IMG/VR virus record: IMGVR_UViG_3300024270_000031
Span: 62,001 to 126,000 of that record
Length of the DNA: 64,000 bases
DNA from: an uncultured virus (IMG/VR IMGVR_UViG_3300024270_000031)
Lineage: Duplodnaviria; Heunggongvirae; Uroviricota; Caudoviricetes
Reading direction: 5' to 3' (one strand)
Under the pieces are notes generated by a model. The model had not been told where the DNA came from and searched no databases. It worked only from the letters and a program-made list of their open reading frames with translations. This document shows positions 43,521 to 53,803 of the stretch, piece by piece. The translations under genes were made by a program, and so were the position numbers. How positions within the stretch are numbered: the first letter of the stretch is position 1; each line of letters begins with the position of its first letter.

Positions 43521-46500
43521 ATGGCTAATGAAGAATTAGGCAAACTATCGCCAGAACAATTACAAAGACTTGGTAATGTAATTTCTGAAGCAAAGAGCCT
43601 CACTAGCCAACAGGAGGAAATTATCGGAAGAGTCTTATCTGGTGAAGAAGATATTGGCGAACTCCGAATTTCATATCTAGAAGAATACTTTGATATATAT
43701 TCAAAGAATCTTGATATGATTGCTCGAAAATATAGCAAGCTAAACGATGCCTTTTTGTTAGCAAACGAATTACTCAATGAAAGCTTTAAATCTGCTGAAA
43801 GAGCTTCTCGAGAGCAGCAACGTCGAGAAAAAACAGAACGACCAAAAGACAAACCTGATGGCTCTGAGAGTGCTTCAGCTACTACAACAAGCAGAACAAC
43901 GCGGGCTACTAAGGCTAGCAGAGAAGAAACTCGTTTTGTAGAAGCAGCAATGGCTCTAAGAGATGCTCTAACGGCAAGTCGTGCTAGCAGCGCAGCAAAT
44001 AGTGATGAGTATGCTACTACACTAAGAGACGCCCTTAAAGCCAGCAACTTTACTGCAATAACAAGCGGTGATACACCAAGTGTAAGTAGAACCGAAGAAG
44101 TTAGTCCTGCGGCGGGGGAAGTAGCAGCTACTCGTCAAGATAATGCTTCTGCTATTAATGATATCTCTTCGGCACTTATAGAGGCACTTAGAGCAAGCCA
44201 TTATACTCCAACTCCCGGTAGCGGTGGTGCTGACGCTGGAGCTGGTGACGAAGGTCGACCTCCCGTCGTGCCAGACGTTACAGTACGAACTTTCGCGGCA
44301 GAGGATGAAATTGCTGGGCTTTCTGATGCAGTAGTCGACTTGAGTGCAGTTATGGATGCGTTAAATGTACGTGAAGCAGAAATTGATGCTGCGCGTAAAG
44401 AACGTATTACTAAGCATCTGACTACGTTATTAACTTCAGCTAAGGAAGCACATGATGCACAAGTTGCCTTAGCTCTAGCAAGGAACAAAACCGAAGAAGA
44501 TTTGGAGCGCCAGAGAGTAGAATATAAAATAGCTCGTATACAAGAAGTTGTTGATGCTGAAACAAAAGCACAGCAACTAATGGATGAGATTAATACTCAA
44601 CTTGACTATGCTAGAAATGCTGCTAGTAGAAGAGAACTTGGTAAGCTAAGAGCTGAACAAATTGCAGCGGAAGAAAATGCAAAGTCTTTAGAAGAAATTA
44701 AAACTGCTATGGCCGAGAGGCGACAAGCATTAGAGCTTGAGGCTATGGCCAATAATAATGGTAAGCTCAGAGCTGCTGACGCTGCGGCTATCGAAAAACA
44801 GCTTAAAGATGAATTTGATACTAAACAAAAGCATTTAGACGAGCTCACCGCTAAGCGTTTTAGAGCTGCACTAGAAGCTAAAAAGCTTGAAGAGTTTAAA
44901 GAGGCAAACCAAGAAGCTGTCGCTGCTTTTGAAAAGAAAAAAGCTATTGACATCGTAAATGAAGAAATAAAGCTTAGAAAAAAGTATAGTGGTGAAGAGC
45001 TTGCCAAAAAACTAAAAGACCTCAAAAAACAGAAAAACGAAGAGTATGTTCTTGACGAGAAAAATCAGAAAAAGCTAGAAAAGTTGCAGCTAGAAGCTGC
45101 TAAAAAAGAAAAACGAGATTCTGTTGCTGCTACTGATAGTAAAATCGAGCATGCAGCTTCTTTCCAGAATCTCAGTAAAGAAGATAATCTTGTTTCTAGA
45201 TTTAAAGAACTAAAGAGTATAACAGACTCTGTTGATGATGAAGATAAGGGCGCAGCACAGATGGCTGTTGCTATAAAAGCAATAAGCAGTCTTATGGCTC
45301 AACTTGAGAGCAAGATAGACAGTATTGCTCAGTACCAAGGTGGAATAGACACACGTCTCCAAGGCTCTAACAATAAAAAGTCTATGGGCTCCTATTGGAA
45401 CCAGCTTACCAAAGATATGATGAGTGTTGGCGCTGTTACGCCTTTCTTTAAACAAGAAGACTTTGCGAATAACATCAAAGAGCTCGTTAATAAAGGTATT
45501 TCTTTTGATCTTAAACAGCGTGCTTTCTTGATGACTGTTCAAGAAAAGATTGCTAATACTTTTAATGTGGCTGATGGCACCCTACTAAGATTAATAAGAA
45601 TTCAGCAAGAAGACTCTACTGCTGGTCGTCTTGGCATGGAGTCTGCTTTGAACTCTTTCTTAAATAACATGTATGAAACATCTGAGTATCTAACAGATGT
45701 TGCCGCAAGTGTACGTGGTAGCTTAGAAGAAATGGAAGCTCTTATGGGTGGAGCTGCTGCTACTGAAGTTGAGTACCAAGTTCAGAAGTGGATGGGTTCA
45801 CTTTATTCAGTAGGTATGTCATCCTCTTCAGTACAGGCAATTGCTGGCGCATTAGGCCAAATTGCTTCTGGTCAGATTGATGCTCTTACTGGAAATGGTG
45901 CAGGTAACTTACTTGTTATGGCCGCAAACAATGCGGATATTCCAATTGCGGAAATTCTTTCTGAAGGCTTGGATGCAGAAAATACAAATAAATTATTACA
46001 AGCAACTGTAAATTACTTGGCTGAAATTGCAGAATCCTCTAAGGGTAATAACGTAGTTCAGCAGCAGCTGGCAAATGTATTTGGTGTTAAAGCTTCTGAC
46101 CTAAAAGCAGCTGTTAACCTTGCTAAAGATAATACTACCGCAAATATATTTGGTGATTATAAAACATATGGTAATCTAATAAATCAGCTATACGACATGG
46201 CTGGCACGATGTTTATGCGTACAAGTATTGGTGAGATGATGACCAATATTTGGGAAAACGGTCAGTATACAATAGCTAGCAGCATGGCAAATAACCCAAT
46301 CTCCTACCTAACCTACAAAATGGCAGGCTTACTTGAAGATACTACTGGCGGTATTGCTCTCCCATTCTTAAACGTAATGGGCTTTGGTGTTGACCTTGAA
46401 ACTACTGTTGCGGACTTAATGCGTGTTGCTTCTGTCGGTACAGGTATTCTTGGAAGCATCGGTCCTATGATCTCTGGTTTATTTTCATCCTTCAGTGGAC

Positions 46501-47009
46501 GATCTATGTTAAATAAGATGGGTATAAAGGAAGGCTCCGGCTTAACTATTACACCTCGTGGTGAAATAAGTGGCGGTGGTCTTACCGGCGGTGGTGCACA
46601 AACTACATCTGGTTCTGCTACTGTTGGAAATGGTTCAGGCAGCGACCTCAAAGACTCAACTGTTCAAGGTGCTGAGGACGACAAAAAGAAACAAATGGTT
46701 GAGGCCAAGGAAGAAGCAGAAGACAACCAGGTAGATGTACTAAACTCTTATGTAATAAAAATCTATGAACTACTTGATAAAGTTGCTAGTGGTAGCAGAG
46801 CTATTACCGTTAAAGTCGCTGGCTACGGCTTAACTGGTGGCGGACTTGGCTCTGGGGACACAGCTCTTGGCGGAGTTCCTGGTATAAGCAGTGATACAAC
46901 TTCTAGCAGTGGACAAGTCAGTGATAAAGTAGCCACTGATGAAACTGGTAGCGTAACTCCGGGTACTGGCAGTGGAAATGTTAGCCTTGGTGGCTGGGTA
47001 ATGGGATAA
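43521..47009 (+). CDS. Tape measure protein
   Basis: 1162 aa, Ala/Glu/Lys-rich coiled coil then Gly-rich C-terminus; canonical position after the chaperone. Confidence 0.8.
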   Translation: MANEELGKLSPEQLQRLGNVISEAKSLTSQQEEIIGRVLSGEEDIGELRISYLEEYFDIYSKNLDMIARKYSKLNDAFLLANELLNESFKSAERASREQQRREKTERPKDKPDGSESASATTTSRTTRATKASREETRFVEAAMALRDALTASRASSAANSDEYATTLRDALKASNFTAITSGDTPSVSRTEEVSPAAGEVAATRQDNASAINDISSALIEALRASHYTPTPGSGGADAGAGDEGRPPVVPDVTVRTFAAEDEIAGLSDAVVDLSAVMDALNVREAEIDAARKERITKHLTTLLTSAKEAHDAQVALALARNKTEEDLERQRVEYKIARIQEVVDAETKAQQLMDEINTQLDYARNAASRRELGKLRAEQIAAEENAKSLEEIKTAMAERRQALELEAMANNNGKLRAADAAAIEKQLKDEFDTKQKHLDELTAKRFRAALEAKKLEEFKEANQEAVAAFEKKKAIDIVNEEIKLRKKYSGEELAKKLKDLKKQKNEEYVLDEKNQKKLEKLQLEAAKKEKRDSVAATDSKIEHAASFQNLSKEDNLVSRFKELKSITDSVDDEDKGAAQMAVAIKAISSLMAQLESKIDSIAQYQGGIDTRLQGSNNKKSMGSYWNQLTKDMMSVGAVTPFFKQEDFANNIKELVNKGISFDLKQRAFLMTVQEKIANTFNVADGTLLRLIRIQQEDSTAGRLGMESALNSFLNNMYETSEYLTDVAASVRGSLEEMEALMGGAAATEVEYQVQKWMGSLYSVGMSSSSVQAIAGALGQIASGQIDALTGNGAGNLLVMAANNADIPIAEILSEGLDAENTNKLLQATVNYLAEIAESSKGNNVVQQQLANVFGVKASDLKAAVNLAKDNTTANIFGDYKTYGNLINQLYDMAGTMFMRTSIGEMMTNIWENGQYTIASSMANNPISYLTYKMAGLLEDTTGGIALPFLNVMGFGVDLETTVADLMRVASVGTGILGSIGPMISGLFSSFSGRSMLNKMGIKEGSGLTITPRGEISGGGLTGGGAQTTSGSATVGNGSGSDLKDSTVQGAEDDKKKQMVEAKEEAEDNQVDVLNSYVIKIYELLDKVASGSRAITVKVAGYGLTGGGLGSGDTALGGVPGISSDTTSSSGQVSDKVATDETGSVTPGTGSGNVSLGGWVMG

Positions 47010-47021
47010 GGAGTGTACTAA

Positions 47022-48536
47022 ATGTTTAAATTTAATAATACACATATTTTTACAGGTTATTTGAAGCAGCTTCTTGCTTCATTTAACCTGCCTACATGCA
47101 AAATATATACGAGAGATTTTGCAAAATATTTAGAGCAGCACGGCACAGAAGATCCAAGAGTACTTCAATCTTTTGACTCTTTTGCAGTCGGTGAGAAAGA
47201 AAAGGCAGCTGTGCGTATAAACTACTTAAAAAATAATGTACCTTATAGCTATTTTTCTAAAACCCCCAGTTTAAACGGAAAAGCTGCCTGGAAAAAAAGT
47301 GCTGACGTATTTTATACCAGCGACAAAACTATTAGAGGTTTGACACGTTCACTCTATAACCAAAGTGCTACTTACGATACTGAAACGCACGAATATTTAG
47401 GAGAGTACCTACGATTCCTAAGAGATTATCATAATGTAGATTTGATGCCTCTTTATAACTGTTTTAGTAATAAAATATATAATAATATATCCTTCTCCTT
47501 TCCAAATAATAGCAAAAGAGTAATATTTAACTCACAGGATTCTAACTATAGGATCTATGCCCTACCAGTTAAACTTTTTGCTAATTATACTATTGCAATA
47601 GACTGTGAACAGGATATAGAGCTATTCTGTGGTCTGTACAGTACTAGTCTTGATACGTCCACAAAAGGAGAAGAGCTAGCAAGCAAAACATATGAAAAAG
47701 CCAGCAAAACCTTATTTAAGCGTCCTTTTATATACGATAAACTCAGTCTTGCCTACTGGAACGCTGAAACAGATTTTAATGCTACAACCGGTCTTCCGTA
47801 TATGGATAGATATACCAGATGGGATCTCACTTTGCGTGAACAAAACTTAAGACTTTTTATAAAAGTGCCAACTGGATGTCGTTCTTCTATTACGATATTA
47901 GAAGGAGACTTTAGAAATTATAATAATGTAAAATATGCGCCGGTTCAGTACAAGCAGGATGGAACAGTTTATAATCCAAAGATAGACCCTGAAGATGCAG
48001 CGGTCAAGGCAATGTGGGTTTACCAAAACAATAAAAGTATAATGAACTTTAATGCTAATCAGGTAGACCTGAACAGATATGACTTTAATCCTATCTGTCA
48101 ATTACAACTATTAGCTTTTAACACAGAAGAGTCTTATCCTTTTTCTGACAAGCTTATAGAGTATCTTGGCGGTAGTGCAATAACACCGCTGGATCCAATT
48201 ACGGATAACATCAAAAGAGCACAGCGCGTCATGTCTCAAAATAAAAACTACTTTAGAATAGAAGGACTATGGGAAAATAAAATGCGTAATATAGTCTATG
48301 ATAATATGTTAAATGCAGGACCTTTCTCAGCACAAGATGGTAAAATCTTGGATAGAAGACTTGGTTATAACAATGGACTCGGACGAACCAAGAAAAGTAC
48401 AACATTTGATGTCTTAGGCTATATTGATAAAGACACTGAGAAGCGTTACTCTAGCTGGAAAATAGAAAACAATAAAGTAGTAACTAAAAATAATATTCAA
48501 AATGTAGATATTTATGACGGTCTATATGACATTTAA
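47022..48536 (+). CDS. Hypothetical tail/baseplate protein
   Basis: Lies between the tape measure and baseplate genes; AAGGAG RBS. Confidence 0.55.
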   Translation: MFKFNNTHIFTGYLKQLLASFNLPTCKIYTRDFAKYLEQHGTEDPRVLQSFDSFAVGEKEKAAVRINYLKNNVPYSYFSKTPSLNGKAAWKKSADVFYTSDKTIRGLTRSLYNQSATYDTETHEYLGEYLRFLRDYHNVDLMPLYNCFSNKIYNNISFSFPNNSKRVIFNSQDSNYRIYALPVKLFANYTIAIDCEQDIELFCGLYSTSLDTSTKGEELASKTYEKASKTLFKRPFIYDKLSLAYWNAETDFNATTGLPYMDRYTRWDLTLREQNLRLFIKVPTGCRSSITILEGDFRNYNNVKYAPVQYKQDGTVYNPKIDPEDAAVKAMWVYQNNKSIMNFNANQVDLNRYDFNPICQLQLLAFNTEESYPFSDKLIEYLGGSAITPLDPITDNIKRAQRVMSQNKNYFRIEGLWENKMRNIVYDNMLNAGPFSAQDGKILDRRLGYNNGLGRTKKSTTFDVLGYIDKDTEKRYSSWKIENNKVVTKNNIQNVDIYDGLYDI

Positions 48537-48547
48537 GGAGGAATAAA

Positions 48548-49135
48548 ATGGCAAGTGCAGATATTTTAAGCAGAGTTTTACCAGACTGCTACCTATATAT
48601 TTCACACCTAGATGTTCCAGAGGAAGCTAAGTATTGGCAGCTTCCCGGCTACCCAGACAAAGTTACAGACCAAATGCAATCTTCCTTTCAGGAAAATACT
48701 GCGTTAGGTCGTTCAGCTCCGGTATATACGTTCAGCCACTCTGGTCCACGTTCTGTTCAGATAAATATTAGTTTTCATCGTGATATGTTTGACGAAATGC
48801 CTACCAATGTTACTTTAGAAGAAGGTGAGGATAAAGCAGAAAGCTTTATTCATGCGCTACAGGCAATTGCAGTACCAAAATATAATCTTGCTAATAAGGC
48901 AGTTGAGCCGCCTCTTGTCGCCATTCGACTTGGTAGAGAAGTCTTTATAAAAGGAATCGTTTCTGGTGGCGTTTCAGTTACTTACGGAAAGCCTATTTTA
49001 TCAAATGAAAAGTATGCTTTAGTTGATATTAGTTTTACTGTATCTGAAGTAGACCCTTATGATGCTTCTACAGTATATAAAAATGGATCTTTCCGCGGAC
49101 TAACAGCTACACTCAGGTCTGGCTTACATTATTAA
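48548..49135 (+). CDS. Baseplate/tube-initiator protein (putative)
   Basis: LGRSAPVYTF...PRSV.I.F and PKY...PPLV.IRLG motifs seen in contractile-tail tube initiators. Confidence 0.6.
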   Translation: MASADILSRVLPDCYLYISHLDVPEEAKYWQLPGYPDKVTDQMQSSFQENTALGRSAPVYTFSHSGPRSVQINISFHRDMFDEMPTNVTLEEGEDKAESFIHALQAIAVPKYNLANKAVEPPLVAIRLGREVFIKGIVSGGVSVTYGKPILSNEKYALVDISFTVSEVDPYDASTVYKNGSFRGLTATLRSGLHY

Positions 49136-49154
49136 GTAGTAAAGGAGCAAAATT

Positions 49155-49484
49155 ATGGATACACTAAAAAATAAAACCTATGCTAGCTTTGATTACTTAA
49201 GTAGATATACTAACGTACCCTATTATTATGATACTTTAAAGGATAGACAAATATTTGGTATTGGCACTAACCTAAAAACTAATACAGAGTTCGTTACTCA
49301 TAAAGTAAAGAGTAACGATACTCTACATTCGCTTGCGCTTAAGTATTATAATAATCCTACTTATTGGTGGGTAATTGCATATTTTAATAATGTACAGGAC
49401 TCTTTTAAACCACTTATTGAAAAGTATCAAACACTTAAAATTCCTAATATTACAAGTGTTGAGTTTGGAAGTGTGAATAAATGA
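49155..49484 (+). CDS. LysM-containing baseplate wedge protein (gp53/tail X-like)
   Basis: HKVKSNDTLHSLALKYYNNPTYWWVIAYFN...LKIP. Confidence 0.8.
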   Translation: MDTLKNKTYASFDYLSRYTNVPYYYDTLKDRQIFGIGTNLKTNTEFVTHKVKSNDTLHSLALKYYNNPTYWWVIAYFNNVQDSFKPLIEKYQTLKIPNITSVEFGSVNK

Positions 49485-50770
49485 GTAACTTAATTTTAAA
49501 CAGAAAACTTCTATCAAGCCAAGCTAGAATTCAGGTTCCATGGGTTAAGGTAACAATTGGCGACTATACTTTCGGTATATTTGATGACCAAACTAAAAGG
49601 TGGGGCGAGGATAACGCCGGCTTCTATCAGCCTTTTTCTATACAGTATCCGCAGTATATCAAGCAGCTTGAAGTAAAAAAGATAAACGGTCAGGTAAATA
49701 GATATACTCTAAGTATTGAATATCCAGTTACTCAGTTTGACGACCCAAACTTTTTTGAAAAAGTTTTTTCAAGTGTTAGCAAAACCAGAAAGATTATTTT
49801 TACCTACGGTGATGCGGAAACTCCTGCATATATTTATAGAAACGAAGAGGCAATCATAACAAAGGTATCTCAGCAGTTTAGACTGGCTAGTAGCACAATC
49901 GCATATACTGTAGAAGCTGTGTCAAGCGCAGCACTCTCAGTAGACGGCAATATAACCATGCTCGGCTCAGGTGGAGCAAAAGTAAAGCCAAGTGATGAAA
50001 TAAAAAAATTATTTAAAAATAATAAAAGCCTACAAAATACTTTTACAGGTATGTCAGTTGGAAACTTAGAGTCTCTTATTGCTGGTGATGATATGGCAGT
50101 TACCCTTGACTCTAAACGAAATATCTCGGCGATCGACTACATAAATTATCTGGTTGGTTGTATGATACCGGAAGGTACTCAAAGTGGTTTAAGTAAAGAA
50201 GTCTACATCATGACTATCTATGACGACTCAATTACTAATTCTGATAAAAACCTTAGTAACAAAGGTCCTTATTTCAAGGTATCAAAAGTTTCTGCAGTAA
50301 TGGAAAGAGATGATGCCTACGAAATCGATATTGGTATAAATACATCTACTATTGTAAGATCTTTTGAAATTGAAGCTAACGAAAACTACTCAATCTACTA
50401 TGAGTACCAGAATCTGGCACACCCACAGGAGTATGTTCGTAGACTGGGTGATGATGGACTTTGGACCGACGAATATGCACCAACCGGCCTGCTAAGAAAT
50501 GACCAATCCAGCTTGAGTACTAATGATGTAGTTTGGTGGACAAAGGCTACACAGTTCCCTATAAATGCCACAATACAGATTCAGGGACTCTTACGACCTG
50601 CTACACTCATGCAGTATGTAAAACTAAATGTAATTTTCCCTGGTGGTAATAAGCATATAGCCAGCGGCCTTTATATTGTAACTAGACAGATAGATAATAT
50701 TGGACCGAATGGTTATGCTACAAACCTTGGCTTAACAAGAATTAAAGGTGACATGGATAAAATTAATTAA
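49481..50770 (+). CDS. Baseplate hub protein (gp27/late control D-like, putative)
   Basis: C-terminal ATIQIQG...SGLYIVT..D.I...GY.T.L.L.R pattern; follows the LysM gene. Confidence 0.6.
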   Translation: MSNLILNRKLLSSQARIQVPWVKVTIGDYTFGIFDDQTKRWGEDNAGFYQPFSIQYPQYIKQLEVKKINGQVNRYTLSIEYPVTQFDDPNFFEKVFSSVSKTRKIIFTYGDAETPAYIYRNEEAIITKVSQQFRLASSTIAYTVEAVSSAALSVDGNITMLGSGGAKVKPSDEIKKLFKNNKSLQNTFTGMSVGNLESLIAGDDMAVTLDSKRNISAIDYINYLVGCMIPEGTQSGLSKEVYIMTIYDDSITNSDKNLSNKGPYFKVSKVSAVMERDDAYEIDIGINTSTIVRSFEIEANENYSIYYEYQNLAHPQEYVRRLGDDGLWTDEYAPTGLLRNDQSSLSTNDVVWWTKATQFPINATIQIQGLLRPATLMQYVKLNVIFPGGNKHIASGLYIVTRQIDNIGPNGYATNLGLTRIKGDMDKIN

Positions 50771-50839
50771 ATACTAAAAACTAAGATAACCTTATTGTAT
50801 TATATAATAAGGTTATTTTTATTTTAAAGGAGATTTTTT

Positions 50840-51262
50840 ATGGCGCTTAAAGAAATGATTAACCAAAAGTTTATTGAAGCTTTCAAAACAAGAGAGTATA
50901 TCCGAAGATATCCTTATGAAATTATGAAGCAGAGAATTATGACAGCTGAGAAGTCCGGGCAGTTTGAGCTTCCGCTTACTGATGAGCAAATTGTAAATAT
51001 CATTGCAAAAGAAGTAAAGGAAAGAGAAGAGCTACTTTCTGTATATAAACCCGAGGATGAACAGTATATTCTTGCAGAGTATTCTATTAAAGAACTTTCT
51101 CAGTATCTTCCTAAGCAAATGTCAGAAGACGAAGTTATTGAGATTATCAGAAGGATCAAAGAGACTGAGTCTAATATGGGAAAAGTTATCGGTCTTACTG
51201 TAAAAGAAGTCGGCAACAGATTCGATAAGTCTAAGATTGCTCAGTTGGTAAAGAATGTATAA
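50840..51262 (+). CDS. GatB/YqeY-domain protein
   Basis: LTDEQIVNIIAKEVKEREE, LSQYLPKQMSEDE and NMGKVIG. Confidence 0.85.
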   Translation: MALKEMINQKFIEAFKTREYIRRYPYEIMKQRIMTAEKSGQFELPLTDEQIVNIIAKEVKEREELLSVYKPEDEQYILAEYSIKELSQYLPKQMSEDEVIEIIRRIKETESNMGKVIGLTVKEVGNRFDKSKIAQLVKNV

Positions 51263-51371
51263 AAATTAAAAAAGGTATTAAATTTGGAAGGAGCTTACTG
51301 TATAATAAAATAGCACCTTCCACTTTTATTTACAAAAAAAAATATTTTTAAAATCGAAAGGAAACAAAAAA

Positions 51372-52568
51372 ATGGTTGGATTTATTTTTGGCATTATCTT
51401 CCTCATCGCCGGTATTATTACCGCTGTTTGTCTTGCACAGTATAAGAAGACTGAGAAGACTGAAGAGTACGTACTCGACGAAGGAGGCAATCGCGTAAGA
51501 AACGCTTATGGCGGTTATCAGACTACAATGAAGAGTACAGTTACAAAGCCTCTTGCAAAGTTCAGTGTAGTTTCTGTAGTTGCAGGTATTTTCCTCGGTC
51601 TTCTTCTTACTTTCTTCGGCTGTATTGCTTCAGTTGATACCGGTCATGTTGGTATTGTAAGAACATTTGGTAAGGTTGAGAATTATACCTTTGATGCAGG
51701 TTTTCATCTCAAGGCACCTTGGCAGTCTGTAACTAAGATGGATAACAGAGTACAGAAGACTACTATTGAGCTTCCTTGCTTTAGCTCCGACATCCAGGAA
51801 GTAAATACTACATATACTGTAAACTATCAGATTTCAAAGACTAATGCTCAGAACCTCTATAGAGATATTGGAACTGGTTATCTTGAGACTGTTGTAAATC
51901 CCACAATTCAGGAAACAGTAAAAACTATTATTGCAAAATATACGGCAGAGGAACTTATCGGTAAGCGTGCAGAAGTTGCTGTAGAAATTGAGACTTTGCT
52001 TACTACAAATCTTCAGAAGTATAATATTGATGTATCTTCTACTGCTATTGAGAATATGGACTTTACCGATAGCTTTACTAATGCAGTTGAGGCTAAAGCT
52101 GTTGCTGCTCAGAATAAGCTTCAGGCTCAGATTGAGCAGGAAAGACTTACTATGGAAGCTCAGCAAGCTGCAGAGCGTGCTAAGGTCGAAGCTGCAGCTC
52201 AGGCTGAGGTAAATAAGATCAATGCAAATGCACAGGCCGAAGTTGATAAAATTAAGGCAGAGGCAGATGCAAAAGTTGCTGAGATTAGTGCAAACGCAGC
52301 AGAGTATCAGGGTCAGAAGGATGCAGCTATTGCGCTCCAGAGACTTGCTTCTATTAATGGTTGGACAGTAAAGACAGAAAAGATTGATGATACACACACT
52401 AAGTATACTGTGTGTTATGCAGATGGCACTCCTGTAACTGAAGCTGACCTTAAGATTGGTGCTCAGAGACTTATTGAGTATTATTACACTCAGTCTTGGG
52501 ACGGAAAGCTTCCTGATACTTTTGTAGGTGACGGCGACGTTTCTAATATCATTATCGGTAATAACTAA
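51372..52568 (+). CDS. SPFH/band-7 (prohibitin-like) membrane protein
   Basis: Two N-terminal TM segments, VDTGHVGIVRTFGKV, GFHLKAPW, FTNAVEAK, an AEA-rich coiled coil and WDGKLP. Confidence 0.88.
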   Translation: MVGFIFGIIFLIAGIITAVCLAQYKKTEKTEEYVLDEGGNRVRNAYGGYQTTMKSTVTKPLAKFSVVSVVAGIFLGLLLTFFGCIASVDTGHVGIVRTFGKVENYTFDAGFHLKAPWQSVTKMDNRVQKTTIELPCFSSDIQEVNTTYTVNYQISKTNAQNLYRDIGTGYLETVVNPTIQETVKTIIAKYTAEELIGKRAEVAVEIETLLTTNLQKYNIDVSSTAIENMDFTDSFTNAVEAKAVAAQNKLQAQIEQERLTMEAQQAAERAKVEAAAQAEVNKINANAQAEVDKIKAEADAKVAEISANAAEYQGQKDAAIALQRLASINGWTVKTEKIDDTHTKYTVCYADGTPVTEADLKIGAQRLIEYYYTQSWDGKLPDTFVGDGDVSNIIIGNN

Positions 52569-52578
52569 AGAATAGTAT

Positions 52579-52624
52579 AAAGAACAATACTGAGAATTTT
52601 ATCTCGGTATTGTTCTTTTTTTTT
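52579..52624 (+). terminator. Intrinsic terminator
   Basis: AAAGAACAATACTGAGA...TCTCGGTATTGTTCTTTTTTTT. Confidence 0.8.
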
Positions 52625-52693
52625 CTATTAATTTATTAATTTAATAAATTTCATATTGTATTATATATTACAAAGTGATTAAGGAGGACGTAA

Positions 52694-53803
52694 ATGATTT
52701 ATACTTATCAGAAGCCTTTGCAAGGTAAAACAGTTGGTGTTGTCTTCGGAACTTTTGCTCCGCTTCATCAGGGACACCTTGATGTTATTATGCGAGCTAA
52801 GAAAGAATGCGACGGTGGTTGTATTGTTATCGTAGACGGTAGAGACGGAGATCGTGGTGGTGAGCTTATGCCTCTTAGAAAGCGTTATCGTTATGTAAGA
52901 GAGTTCTTTGCCGACGACGACCTTGTGGCTGTTTACCCTATCGATGAGACTGAGCTTGGTATCGAAGCTTATCCTAATGGGTGGAATAAGTTTATGCTTA
53001 AGGTAAATGAGATTATCAGAAATGCTACAGATTTGTGCGAGGCTGTTTTCTATGTAAGCGAGGAGGCATATGCTACTCATCTTGAAAGTCTTGGCTATGA
53101 AGTGGTGTTACTTGATAGAACACTTAACCCTATTTCTGCGACAATGATCAGACATAATCCTATTAAGTATTGGGATAAAATTACTTTTCCCTTCAGAAGA
53201 GTCTTCAGTACTAATATTCTTATCTGCGGCACAGCAAGTGAAGGAAAAACTACTCTTGTAAAAGACCTTGGTAAGTATTTCAACGCACCCTATTCTACTG
53301 AATATGCAAGAGACTATATGGAAGAAAGTTATATTTCTGAGTGGGAACTCGACGGGGCTGACTATCTTGCTTTTCTTGACGGTCAGTATCAGATGAATAA
53401 GAAACTCATCAACTCGCCAAGTAATCAGGGAATCTTCTTCGCAGACTCTGATAGTATGACTACTCGAATGTATGCTGAGTATTATCACAGAGACCCTGAT
53501 CTCGACCTAACTGAGGAAGAGTTTAAAGAAATCGCTGTTGCTGCGGATGCGATCACTAAGAAATGTCGTTGGGATAAAATTTATCTTCTCTGCCCTCACG
53601 GAGTATTTGTAGACGACCATACTAGATACATGGCTTTCAGCGGCGATACAGAAAGAAGAGAACTCTTTGAGATTCTTTGTAACAATATCAAAGCTTCAGG
53701 TAATTGGGATAAGGTAGTTATCCTCGACGGCGGATATTATAATAACTTTAAGAAAATTGTTGATGATGTAAAGGAGATTATTGAAAATGGTAAAATGGCT
53801 TAA
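52694..53803 (+). CDS. nadR: NadR-type bifunctional NMN adenylyltransferase / ribosylnicotinamide kinase (no HTH)
   Basis: HxGH motif GTFAPLHQGH, ISATMIR, P-loop GTASEGKTT, EYARDY and FADSD. Confidence 0.88.
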   Translation: MIYTYQKPLQGKTVGVVFGTFAPLHQGHLDVIMRAKKECDGGCIVIVDGRDGDRGGELMPLRKRYRYVREFFADDDLVAVYPIDETELGIEAYPNGWNKFMLKVNEIIRNATDLCEAVFYVSEEAYATHLESLGYEVVLLDRTLNPISATMIRHNPIKYWDKITFPFRRVFSTNILICGTASEGKTTLVKDLGKYFNAPYSTEYARDYMEESYISEWELDGADYLAFLDGQYQMNKKLINSPSNQGIFFADSDSMTTRMYAEYYHRDPDLDLTEEEFKEIAVAADAITKKCRWDKIYLLCPHGVFVDDHTRYMAFSGDTERRELFEILCNNIKASGNWDKVVILDGGYYNNFKKIVDDVKEIIENGKMA

